Source: an uncultured Pseudomonadales bacterium (GTDB lineage Bacteria; Patescibacteriota; Microgenomatia; UBA1400; Chazhemtobacteraceae). From it: DNA of 64,000 bases. Location of the stretch: the NCBI GenBank assembly GCA_964422035.1, contig CAYQZQ010000001.1:651786-715785 (forward strand). The letters run 5' to 3'. Positions within the stretch are counted from its first letter, which is position 1. Each line of letters begins with the position of its first letter. Under the pieces are notes generated by a model. That model did no database searches and was not told where the DNA came from. It saw nothing but the letters and a program-made list of their open reading frames with translations. The translations under genes were made by a program, and so were the position numbers. Below, piece after piece: positions 37,349 through 46,022 of the stretch.

Positions 37349-38003
37349 ATCCCCTAACTGTTTTAATTATCTTGGATTTGTTCTGAAACGGTTTTTCAAT
37401 TTTTTTTCTTAAAAAACCCACAAACACTTCCACAGTATTAGGTAACACATCAGAATCATAATTCCACACGTGGCTGATAATCTGATTCCTGTTCACTACC
37501 AAATTTTTATTTCTCATCAGATATTCCAGTATTGAAAATTCCTTTTTTGAAATATCCAAGACTTTTCCTGATCTTTTAACCTGCTTGGTAAGTGTATTTA
37601 ATTCTAAATCCTTTACTTTTAGTACTTGTCCAAGAGATTGTTTGGGGCGCCTTGAAAGAGCGCGTATTCTTGCCATCAATTCAGAAAAAGAAAAAGGCTT
37701 AGCTAAGTAGTCATCGGCACCGGCGTCAAGTCCTTTTACCTTGTCTTCTGTCAAATCTTTTGCTGTTAGCATTAATATTGGAGTGTGATTTTTTTCTTCT
37801 TTTCTTAGTTTTTCACAAATTGTTATCCCACCCATTTCGGGAAGCAAAAGGTCAAGAATTATCACATCGTAATCTTCTGTGCTTGCCAGATCAAAACCCT
37901 TCTCACCGTCATAGGTAATGTCTACGGCGTAGTTATTTTGTTTCAAACCGTCACGAATGGTATTAGCAATTTTGTGCTCGTCTTCAACAATAAGAACTTT
38001 CAT
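37326..38003 (-). CDS. OmpR-family response regulator
   Basis: Receiver MKVLIVEDE...D...K, plus a C-terminal winged helix. Confidence 0.85.
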   Translation of the reverse strand: MKVLIVEDEHKIANTIRDGLKQNNYAVDITYDGEKGFDLASTEDYDVIILDLLLPEMGGITICEKLRKEEKNHTPILMLTAKDLTEDKVKGLDAGADDYLAKPFSFSELMARIRALSRRPKQSLGQVLKVKDLELNTLTKQVKRSGKVLDISKKEFSILEYLMRNKNLVVNRNQIISHVWNYDSDVLPNTVEVFVGFLRKKIEKPFQNKSKIIKTVRGFGYTIQD

Positions 38004-38382
38004 TTAGTAGTGATATTATATCTAATTTCTGAAAATAATCTGAAAAACGGCTTTGTTGTTTTCAGGCTTGGACATTTCCTTACCCTGAGGTTTTGTAGAA
38101 ATCAGTTAACCTGATAGTCTAGGCTTTTTGAGTATGGTTGCCTTGAAACGTTAAAAATGAAGTGAGATTGGGTAAAAAGGATGTATCTTGACACAAGCCT
38201 GAATCAGAGATTGTTGATATTGCGATAAAGTTATTAGAAAGCGACAGGGAGGATGAGGAGATAAGAGTTAGTAGAAGGTTAAGAGTTTGGTTTTGATTAT
38301 AAAGATCACAACTGGTTAATTGTGTGATGGTCTAGTTATTTTGAGTCTGAGAGTTTATTGACATTTAGTGGATACTTGAATA

Positions 38383-39099
38383 TCAGAGTAGCTTAAAGCT
38401 TGAGAGAATCTGGGAGACTTGTTGATCTTGAGTGTTTTGGATTGGGGTGATGTTGACAATAATGACAGAGCTATCTTGAGGGAAGAAGTAGTACTCAGTG
38501 AGAGATTCTGAGTTGTTGATGTACTGGTAGGCAGATTGGTTATTAATTGTGGTTTGGTTGAGGTTGGATGAGGAGTAAGAGTCAAATCTTTGAGCTAGTA
38601 GCTGGGCAACTTGCTGATTGGTCAGGTCTGGGTTTGTGCTATTGCAACCGATGGTGATTTTGGATTGGTCTTGATTGATGGTTTGTGTGGTTATGGGTTT
38701 GGATGAAAGGAGAATGGTATTGGTTTCTTCATCTTGAGCTTGATCGTATATGTACCAACTTTGGGGATGCTTTATTTGGTATTTGCATTTGGTGTCTGTA
38801 AAGGTTTTCCAGTCATTGGTTGAGTTTGGCGTGATGGGGGTGGTTTGAGTATTGATAATTGAGGAGCTGGCTGGTGGTCCAGATTTAATAGTTGATCTTA
38901 TAAAGAAGTACCAAACAATAAAAGCAATAAGTGTGAAAATAGCAAGAGAGGCAAGAGAGATAAGGGTAATGCGGAGGGTTTTGTTATTTTGAGGTTTTTT
39001 GGGGGGTTTGATTGGTTGGTTGGATGGTGGTGTAGGGGGTGGTTGAGTTGTAGGGGGTTGGTTTTGGGGAGTTGGTTGTTGATTTTTGGCTTGTGTCAT
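38383..39099 (-). CDS. membrane-anchored Pro/Thr/Gln-rich low-complexity protein
   Basis: Proline-rich N-terminus, single TM segment, Q/T/N-rich exported domain. Confidence 0.45.
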   Translation of the reverse strand: MTQAKNQQPTPQNQPPTTQPPPTPPSNQPIKPPKKPQNNKTLRITLISLASLAIFTLIAFIVWYFFIRSTIKSGPPASSSIINTQTTPITPNSTNDWKTFTDTKCKYQIKHPQSWYIYDQAQDEETNTILLSSKPITTQTINQDQSKITIGCNSTNPDLTNQQVAQLLAQRFDSYSSSNLNQTTINNQSAYQYINNSESLTEYYFFPQDSSVIIVNITPIQNTQDQQVSQILSSFKLL

Positions 39100-39147
39100 G
39101 ACTATAGTTTAGTATACTGATGATAGTAATTAGTATAAAGGAAGGGG

Positions 39148-39873
39148 GTGAAAAAAATGAAAAGGACAAAAATAATGAGTGGAGTTGTAGCTATGGTGCT
39201 TAGTTTGGTTCTTGTGGGTACAGTGAGTGCTCAAGAAAGTGAGTTGCCCGAGCCGGGACTGACACCCGATAGCCCGCTATATTTTTTGGATAGTTGGGGT
39301 GAGGGTATTGGTTTGGCTTTGACTCAAGACTCAGAGGTGAAAGCAAGAAAACAGATCAGGATTTCTCAAGAGAAGCTGGCTGAAGCTAAAGTTATGGGCG
39401 AGAAAGGTGATGCGGAGGCAGCAGAGATTGCTTCTAACAGATATGGTGAGATGATAAATGGAGCTGCAGAAAACGTGGCAGTAGCAGCACAGTCTGGCGA
39501 AGGTGTGGCTGATGCAGTAGCAGATCTGTTGGCAACGACAGCTGCAATTTCTCAGAGTGTGTTGGCTGATGTGTATGAACGAGTACCTGAACAAGCAAAA
39601 GCCTCGATTCAAAGAGCGATGGAAGAGTCGTCTGCTGGAATAAGTAGAGCGGTTGATGCTGTATCCGGAGCTCAGCAAGAGCAGGTTCGAGAGAGAGTAA
39701 ATGAGAGCTTGCAGAAAGCTCGTGAGTCAGCTCCTGAAGAAGCGCAGCAGTATATTCCTGCAAATCAAGGGGGTGAATCTGGTTCTGATAACGCTCCTGA
39801 TGTGGGTGGTTCTGATGCTGGAAGTAATGCTAATGATCAAGGTGGTGCACCAGCTAATATTCCTGGAAGATAA
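39148..39873 (+). CDS. secreted Ala/Glu-rich hypothetical protein
   Basis: Signal peptide. Contains PDSPLYFLDSWGE and helical A/E-rich repeats. Confidence 0.45.
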   Translation: MKKMKRTKIMSGVVAMVLSLVLVGTVSAQESELPEPGLTPDSPLYFLDSWGEGIGLALTQDSEVKARKQIRISQEKLAEAKVMGEKGDAEAAEIASNRYGEMINGAAENVAVAAQSGEGVADAVADLLATTAAISQSVLADVYERVPEQAKASIQRAMEESSAGISRAVDAVSGAQQEQVRERVNESLQKARESAPEEAQQYIPANQGGESGSDNAPDVGGSDAGSNANDQGGAPANIPGR

Positions 39874-40002
39874 AAAAAGAAGAAGCACTGATTCTTTCCT
39901 ATTAAAACAGGGAAGGTCAGTGTGTTGATAGAAATGATGTGATAAATGATTTGTAGTGTTATTTTCTGAGGAGGAAGTTGTCTTTTTTGTTATGATTATG
40001 AT

Positions 40003-40332
40003 ATGAATTTTGAAGAATATCAGAGTGAATCAGGAAAGACAGCGATTTATCCTGATAAAGGGAGTAATTTTATTTATCCGGTTTTGGGGTTAGTGGGTGA
40101 AGCAGGTGAGGTGGCTGAAAAAATAAAGAAGATATTGCGAGATTCTAAGGGGGAAATAGGTGACAGAAAAAAAGAAGAGATTAAAAAGGAGTTGGGTGAT
40201 GTGTTGTGGTATTTGTCACAGTTGAGCACAGAGTTGAACTTGTCTTTGAGTGATATTGCTGAGCTTAATATAGAGAAATTACAATCACGACGTGCAAGGG
40301 GCACGCTTCATGGAAGTGGAGATGACAGATAA
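40003..40332 (+). CDS. MazG-like nucleotide pyrophosphohydrolase domain protein
   Basis: LVGEAGEVAEKIKK...ELGDVLWYL matches the MazG EEXXE/D motifs. Confidence 0.65.
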   Translation: MNFEEYQSESGKTAIYPDKGSNFIYPVLGLVGEAGEVAEKIKKILRDSKGEIGDRKKEEIKKELGDVLWYLSQLSTELNLSLSDIAELNIEKLQSRRARGTLHGSGDDR

Positions 40333-40840
40333 TATGAATAGAAAAATTAAGGTCAATGATTTAATGCAGGAAGGGTATGAGTATGAGTTAATGGAAGAGG
40401 AAGGCCAAGGTTTTGATGAGGGTTTTGAGCCAGATTTGAGTCCTAAAAGGTTGTTGGAGCTGGGAGTGTTTGGGGGTGTGTATATGAGAGATTGTAAAGA
40501 TGAATTTGGAGATTGGTTTGACGATGCAAAATTGGCTGAGGGCAGGAGGGATGGGAAGTTGAATTTTTTTGAAGTGACGGCGTCGCAGTCTTTATCAGTG
40601 TGGAGAGAGAAGGGGTGGATAAACGAGGAGCATGATCCTAGAGGGTGGTTTCAGTGGTATTGTCGATATTATAAGGGGAGGAGATTGCCCCAAGAAGATG
40701 AAAGGCAGATAAAGCGGTGGAGGGCATTTAAGAGACATTGGGCTCAAGTAGAAAAGAATTGCCTAAAGGGTGATTGGGATTGTAGAAAAAAGCAAAGACA
40801 GGCCTTGCTTCATTGGGCTTATGATTCGAGAAAGATCTGA
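40292..40840 (+). CDS. hypothetical Trp/Arg/Cys-rich protein (start uncertain: 40310/40322/40334 alternatives)
   Basis: Contains GWFQWYCRYYKGRR and RWRAFKRHW. No family recognised. Confidence 0.45.
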   Translation: MQGARFMEVEMTDNMNRKIKVNDLMQEGYEYELMEEEGQGFDEGFEPDLSPKRLLELGVFGGVYMRDCKDEFGDWFDDAKLAEGRRDGKLNFFEVTASQSLSVWREKGWINEEHDPRGWFQWYCRYYKGRRLPQEDERQIKRWRAFKRHWAQVEKNCLKGDWDCRKKQRQALLHWAYDSRKI

Positions 40841-40842
40841 GT

Positions 40843-41604
40843 TTACTTTTTGGGAGGGAGGGGAATAAGGAGAGAGGTTGTTTTTTTATATTGTTGATAG
40901 TTATTTTGAGAGCCGTATTTTTTTTGGTGGCGTTTTTCCAGGAGAGGAATGCCGGATATGAATAAAAGAAGAATGGTAATAAATAAGGGGCTGGAGATAG
41001 TTAGCCAAGAAAGAGATTGTTGGTATGGCATGGTGATGATAAAAATGCCCAGCCAAATGGTGATCTCGCCAAAATAGTTGGGATGTCGAGAGTATTTCCA
41101 GACACCAGAAGTGATGAAAGTGTTGGGGTGTTTGTTTTTGAAGATAAATTTTTGGAAGTCTGCTAGTGACTCGATGATGAGGCCAACAAAGAAAAGAAGG
41201 GTGCCAAATAAGGTTAAGAGGTGTGGTTGGGGAGAGGGAAGGGTTAAAAGGTATATGCTTGGAAGGGTGATGATCCAGACTGATATACCTTGAAGAAGCC
41301 AGAATTGAGCGAATTTTAAAAAGTTGTTTCGAATTTGATCGAAGCGTTTATCTTTTTTGATTTTTAGGATTCTTAAAGATAAGTAACTGGCTAGTCTGGT
41401 AGCCCAGATGGTGATTAAGATAGAGATGAGAATTTGAGGAAAGGTTAGGGGTGAGTTAGTTAAAGAGAGGAAAAGGATGATGATAATGAAGGTGAGGCCG
41501 TAGGTGAGGTCGGTAAATTTGTCTGTTTGAAGGATGAAGGCAAGAGTAAAGAAGACAAGTTGGGTGATTAAGCTGATAATTAAAGTAAGTAGATAGGGGT
41601 TCAT
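40843..41604 (-). CDS. DUF1295/steroid-5-alpha-reductase-like (ICMT-like) membrane protein
   Basis: SRHPNYFGEITIWLG motif. Multiple TM segments. Confidence 0.65.
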   Translation of the reverse strand: MNPYLLTLIISLITQLVFFTLAFILQTDKFTDLTYGLTFIIIILFLSLTNSPLTFPQILISILITIWATRLASYLSLRILKIKKDKRFDQIRNNFLKFAQFWLLQGISVWIITLPSIYLLTLPSPQPHLLTLFGTLLFFVGLIIESLADFQKFIFKNKHPNTFITSGVWKYSRHPNYFGEITIWLGIFIITMPYQQSLSWLTISSPLFITILLLFISGIPLLEKRHQKKYGSQNNYQQYKKTTSLLIPLPPKK

Positions 41605-41624
41605 GTAAGTATTATAACCAAATT

Positions 41625-43031
41625 TTAGTCAGCTAGACCTTTGACTGATTTTGTTTTTTGGGGAGGAGAGAAGTCTTGCGGAGTTTTGTGAATTTGGGGT
41701 GGTTGGATCCATTTTTCGGCTAAAGATTTTGTGTTAACCACGTTTAATTGCTTGAACATAAACTCAAATCTGTCAGTTAGAGATTGTCTGATTTGAGATT
41801 TGTTTTTCTTTGGTATTAACCAGGTTTGTTTTTTGAAGTGGCCCCAGGCTTTCTTCCTGAGTTTGTAGTGGAATTGTTCGTCGGTTTGATCCTTTTTTCT
41901 TTCGTCTTGTTTGTTTTGGTCAAGCCAGTTGTATATTTGTTCAAGAAGATCTTGGGGGAAGGCGGGGTGGTCCATGATGATGTTTTGAAAGCCTGTAGCT
42001 AGGTGTACTTCGATGGCTTGGGCTTTGGGGAATTGGGCAAAGTATTGATCAGGAAGGGTACTGGCTCCGTGTTGGACAGCACCGCTGATGTTGTGTTTTC
42101 GGCAGGCCTGAGAGATGTTTTTGAGAACTTGGAAATCAACAGGGACATTGGCTAGAGATCCATCTTCAAGAACAACTCCACCGTGATGGGTACCGGTGGC
42201 AACGCTGATTTTGCTTATACCAGTGAGCTCGGAGCCAAGTTTTTGATTGAAACCTTGAATGTAGGCCTGGAAATCTTCTAAAGTGGAGTTTTTACCGCCG
42301 ATGTGACCGATTTCTCCACCGAGACTGATGGTGATGTTATCGGGTTCTATGCTGCGAATAAACTCTGCCAGTTCAATGGAGTATTTGATGTTGCCTTGTT
42401 GTTGCTTTTTTTCGGTGGGTTTGTCTAGATCTACAAGAGTACTCATGTCGATGTCGATGTTGTAAAAACCGGCATTGATGGCTTGTTGGGCGAGGTCTTT
42501 GATGGCTTGGATTTCTCCTTGTTTTGGTTTACCGGGTTGTTGGGCTTTGGCTTGGAAATGATCGCCTTGAAGAGGAATACCTCCCTGCCAGTTTTCTTTG
42601 ATGGCGGCGGCAAGGACAACGGTGGTGTATTCTTGGGGATGTTGGTCGGTGTAGTCGATCTCACTTCTGGCAATTTCACAGATTAGAGTACCAACATTAA
42701 GTTTGTTGGCGGCTTTAAATATAGAACGGGCAAGGTCATAGGTGATACCTCTGAGATTAATGGCAGGTACGGTGAAGTTTAGAGGTGCTTCTTCTCTGCC
42801 CCGAGCTATATATAGATCGTTGATGGATGCAGGTTTGATGTTGAGTTTTTGGGCTGCTTCCCAGATGAGCCAGCGAGACAGTTGTTTGTCTTGTTCTGAG
42901 CCAAAGACAGCTTGAAGGACAAGTTTGTCTATTGTGTCCCTTTTGAGTTTTTCGGGATCTTGAATAGTGACCTGATGATTTTCAATTGAAAGAGTGTCTT
43001 TGATGATGTGTTTGATTTTGGGAGTCAGCAT
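41625..43031 (-). CDS. class II ketose-bisphosphate aldolase family protein (long form)
   Basis: FTVPAINLRG, LQGDHF, GGEIGHIGG, VQHGAS correspond to class II FBA metal and phosphate-binding regions. Confidence 0.5.
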   Translation of the reverse strand: MLTPKIKHIIKDTLSIENHQVTIQDPEKLKRDTIDKLVLQAVFGSEQDKQLSRWLIWEAAQKLNIKPASINDLYIARGREEAPLNFTVPAINLRGITYDLARSIFKAANKLNVGTLICEIARSEIDYTDQHPQEYTTVVLAAAIKENWQGGIPLQGDHFQAKAQQPGKPKQGEIQAIKDLAQQAINAGFYNIDIDMSTLVDLDKPTEKKQQQGNIKYSIELAEFIRSIEPDNITISLGGEIGHIGGKNSTLEDFQAYIQGFNQKLGSELTGISKISVATGTHHGGVVLEDGSLANVPVDFQVLKNISQACRKHNISGAVQHGASTLPDQYFAQFPKAQAIEVHLATGFQNIIMDHPAFPQDLLEQIYNWLDQNKQDERKKDQTDEQFHYKLRKKAWGHFKKQTWLIPKKNKSQIRQSLTDRFEFMFKQLNVVNTKSLAEKWIQPPQIHKTPQDFSPPQKTKSVKGLAD

Positions 43032-43062
43032 ATTTTATTAAGATTGTCAGAGGTGTTTTTGT

Positions 43063-43737
43063 CTACTTGGTAATTAAGATGATGGTGATGATAGCCAGGA
43101 CGGGAATTAACCATTTAGCAAGTTTTTTGTTTAATCGTTCAAGTAATCGAGAGACAAGAATAAAGATGGCAAAAAAGCCAACAATTAAACTAGAGGGAGG
43201 AGTGGAGGTTGAAGATTGGATGATTTTGGGCCAGGCGGGGCCGCGAAGAACGATCAGGTGGATAAGGATGGCAAGTCCGGCTAGTCTGCCACCTATATAT
43301 TGAAGCCTCCACCAGGTTTTGGTACCCAGGGACTGTTCAATTAATTTAGCTGAGATGATAAAGAGGAAGAACATGATGATTAAGCCAGCCAGGCCTGGGT
43401 AGGCAGAGAGAGGTTTGTAGTTATAAAAGCCCCAAGGTCCTGAACGGGCTAGAGGAAACATGGATAGATAAACGTGGGAGGCGCCGGCAAAGAAAGCTAA
43501 GATGCCTAGTTCTTTGCGGTATGTTAAGTATTTGTCCCAGATTTGGTAGAGACGGCTAAGCATACCTAAACTAAGAGCGATGCCTAAAAGGATTATTGAA
43601 GTGTCGGCTAAGGCTCGATTGTATACACGGGGTGATAAGCCTTGAAGTTGTAGGGAGTTGTAGTAGGAAAAGAGGATAAAAATAATAAGGGAGAAAATTA
43701 TAGAGACGATGTATTGTCTTGTCTGTTCTTTGTTCAT
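43063..43737 (-). CDS. MsrQ/YedZ-like ferric-reductase-type transmembrane protein
   Basis: RKELGILAFFAGASHVYLS and WWRLQYIGGRLAGLAILIHLIV parallel the recalled His-containing helices of E. coli MsrQ. Confidence 0.5.
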   Translation of the reverse strand: MNKEQTRQYIVSIIFSLIIFILFSYYNSLQLQGLSPRVYNRALADTSIILLGIALSLGMLSRLYQIWDKYLTYRKELGILAFFAGASHVYLSMFPLARSGPWGFYNYKPLSAYPGLAGLIIMFFLFIISAKLIEQSLGTKTWWRLQYIGGRLAGLAILIHLIVLRGPAWPKIIQSSTSTPPSSLIVGFFAIFILVSRLLERLNKKLAKWLIPVLAIITIILITK

Positions 43738-43758
43738 TTGTTTAATTTAATCATATCT

Positions 43759-44370
43759 TTAGATTATAAGTTCTGGTTTTATTATTTTAGATATTTTTTG
43801 GAAGTCCTCTTTCATGGTTGAGCGCAAGTTGGGATTGTATAAGGCGGCAGCTGGATGATAGAGGGCAAAGATGGTGGTTTCTCCAAAACTGGTGGGTGTC
43901 TGCCAGGTTTTGCCGTGGAGTTTGCTAATGGGGTAGTATTTATCGTTTTTGAAGATGTAATTAAGCAGGAAGTTAAGTGAGAATCTACCTAGGGTAGCGA
44001 TTACTTGAGGTTTTATGATTTTAATTTGCTTTATAAGTAGAGGGGAGTAAAGGTCAATTTCTTTGGGTTGAGGGTCCCTGTTGTTGGGGGGGCGGTCTTT
44101 GACGATATTGGTGATGTAGACATTTTGGCGTTTAAGGTTGATACTTTGAAGAAGTTTGTCGAGGTGTTTGCCTGCGGCACCAACAAAAGGGCGACCGGTT
44201 TCGGCTTCTTTTTGACCGGGAGCTTCTCCAATGAAGATGATGTCTGCGTCTAGGCTACCTTCCCCGATGACTGGTTGATAGTTATTTTTTTGGCGATATT
44301 TGAATAGGGGAGAGTCGGTGAGATTTTTGAGTTTTTGGTTGAGTTTTTCCATGGATTGTTGTTTGCCCAT
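43759..44370 (-). CDS. uracil-DNA glycosylase, family 4
   Basis: IFIGEAPG and RPFVGAAG motifs. Confidence 0.8.
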   Translation of the reverse strand: MGKQQSMEKLNQKLKNLTDSPLFKYRQKNNYQPVIGEGSLDADIIFIGEAPGQKEAETGRPFVGAAGKHLDKLLQSINLKRQNVYITNIVKDRPPNNRDPQPKEIDLYSPLLIKQIKIIKPQVIATLGRFSLNFLLNYIFKNDKYYPISKLHGKTWQTPTSFGETTIFALYHPAAALYNPNLRSTMKEDFQKISKIIKPELII

Positions 44371-44407
44371 AAGGGCATTGTAAACAAAGAAAGGCAGGGG
44401 ATAAAGT

Positions 44408-45514
44408 TTGTGTAAAATAAAGAGTGTGAAAAAGATATTGATGGGATTATTTAGTTTTTGTCTGCTTTTTTTAGCAAGTGAGAGTGTGGTGTGGGCACGA
44501 TCAGAAAATGAAACGGTAGAGGTGGAAGTGAAAGAGGTTTTGGAAGAGAAAAAAACAGAGAGTTATGAGGGAGAAGAAGGGTGGGAGCAGTGGTTAAGGG
44601 TGGAGGTAATAGAAGGGGAAGGGGTGGGTGAGGAGATTTTTGTAAAGAGTGGAGTGGTAGGGTTGGTGAATCAACCAAAGTATAAACAGGGAGACAGGGT
44701 GGTATTGATGAGAAATGAGGTAGCGGGTGAGGAGAGATATGTGATTGTTGATTATGTAAGGAGAGAGGCGCTCTATTGGTTGTTTGGCTTGTTTGTGTTG
44801 GTGGCTGTAGTGGTGGGAAGAAAGTGGGGTTTGTTGTCTATTTTGGGAATGGGTTTTTCCTTTTTGGTGATTTTTAAGTTGTTGATACCGTTGATTATGC
44901 AGGGCTTTAGTCCGGTTTTGGTATCGATACTGGTGGCTGGGCTGATAATTCCAGTAACTTTTTATCTATCTCATGGGTTAAACAAGAAAACAAGTGTGGC
45001 GGTGGTAAGCACCTTAATTTCCTTGGTAATTACGGGAGTTTTGGTGTTGATATTTACAGAAACGACAAAACTGACTGGTTTTGCTAGTGAGGAAGCGGGA
45101 TTTTTACAGGTGCATATGGGGGGAGAGATTAATATTAAGGGGCTTTTGTTGGCGGGAATGATTATTGGTACTTTGGGTATCTTGGATGATGTGACAATTA
45201 ATCAGGCGGCCATTGTTGAGAAGTTGAAAGAAGCTAATAAGGAGATGGGGTTTGGAGAATTATATAAAAAAGCGATGAGTGTGGGGCAAGATCATATCTC
45301 ATCGATGGTTAATACTTTAGTTTTGGTATATACAGGGGCTTCTTTACCGCTTTTACTTTTGTTTGTGGACAGTTCAAGTAGTTTTGAAAGGGTGTTGAAT
45401 AGTGAGATTGTGGCTGATGAGATAGTTAGAACTTTGGTGGGAAGTGTGGGTTTGATGTTGGCGGTACCGATTACTACTTTTTTGGCGGCAAGGTGGATGA
45501 AGAAAGCTGATTAA
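44408..45514 (+). CDS. YibE/F-like multi-TM membrane protein
   Basis: Signal/TM segment, about 120 aa exported domain, at least 6 TM segments. Confidence 0.4.
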   Translation: MCKIKSVKKILMGLFSFCLLFLASESVVWARSENETVEVEVKEVLEEKKTESYEGEEGWEQWLRVEVIEGEGVGEEIFVKSGVVGLVNQPKYKQGDRVVLMRNEVAGEERYVIVDYVRREALYWLFGLFVLVAVVVGRKWGLLSILGMGFSFLVIFKLLIPLIMQGFSPVLVSILVAGLIIPVTFYLSHGLNKKTSVAVVSTLISLVITGVLVLIFTETTKLTGFASEEAGFLQVHMGGEINIKGLLLAGMIIGTLGILDDVTINQAAIVEKLKEANKEMGFGELYKKAMSVGQDHISSMVNTLVLVYTGASLPLLLLFVDSSSSFERVLNSEIVADEIVRTLVGSVGLMLAVPITTFLAARWMKKAD

Positions 45515-45549
45515 TGGTTAAGAATGGAGGTAATAGAAAAAGAGAGGTT

Positions 45550-45579
45550 GGGATAGGGATAGGGATAGGGATAGGGATA
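45550..45579. repeat. (GGGATA)x5 microsatellite
   Basis: Read directly: five perfect hexamer units, plus a degenerate sixth. Confidence 0.9.
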
Positions 45580-46022
45580 GGAGTAAGGCATTGACTGGAA
45601 GTTGGTAGTTTAAAGTAGATCTTAGGTGTTAGATTGATTTAGAAAATCGTTGATTTTATGTTTGGAGAATGTAGTACCGTTGTATTAACTGTATGAGTTA
45701 GATGGCGTGTAAGTTGGTGTAATCCTAGTTATTGTGTGGTAGCTTTTTTAAAAGTAGTTTTCATTTATACCAGCAGCAATCTTTTCTCAAATTTAGCCAA
45801 AAAAAATCTGGGTATTTATATCTCTATCAAAGCAGAGATGCTATAAATACCCAGAAAGGGTGCAAACAGAAAAAGCAAAGTTGGGTGGATGCCTCCCACA
45901 AAGGTTCTTGTGGGAGGCATTATCTGCCAAGTTGACAAAGATTCTGCCAACAAGGTGTGGACTCAGCGGAGGGAGAGTGTCTAGAGACTAGAGGATTTGG
46001 TGGGTGAACCTCAAATTTATTC

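Noticed and set aside
40003-44370. Possible prophage or defence island (MazG, UDG, unknown proteins)
   Set aside because: No integrase, capsid, terminase or other phage structural genes. Neighbours are metabolic and membrane genes. Treated as chromosomal backbone.
45550-45579. Possible CRISPR-like repeat
   Set aside because: The unit is only 6 nt with no spacers. It is a simple microsatellite, not a CRISPR array. No cas genes are in the window.
45732-45935. 67-aa ORF in the 45.5-46.0 kb intergenic region
   Set aside because: Low-complexity, with no RBS. The region is better explained as non-coding, with its microsatellite and hairpin.
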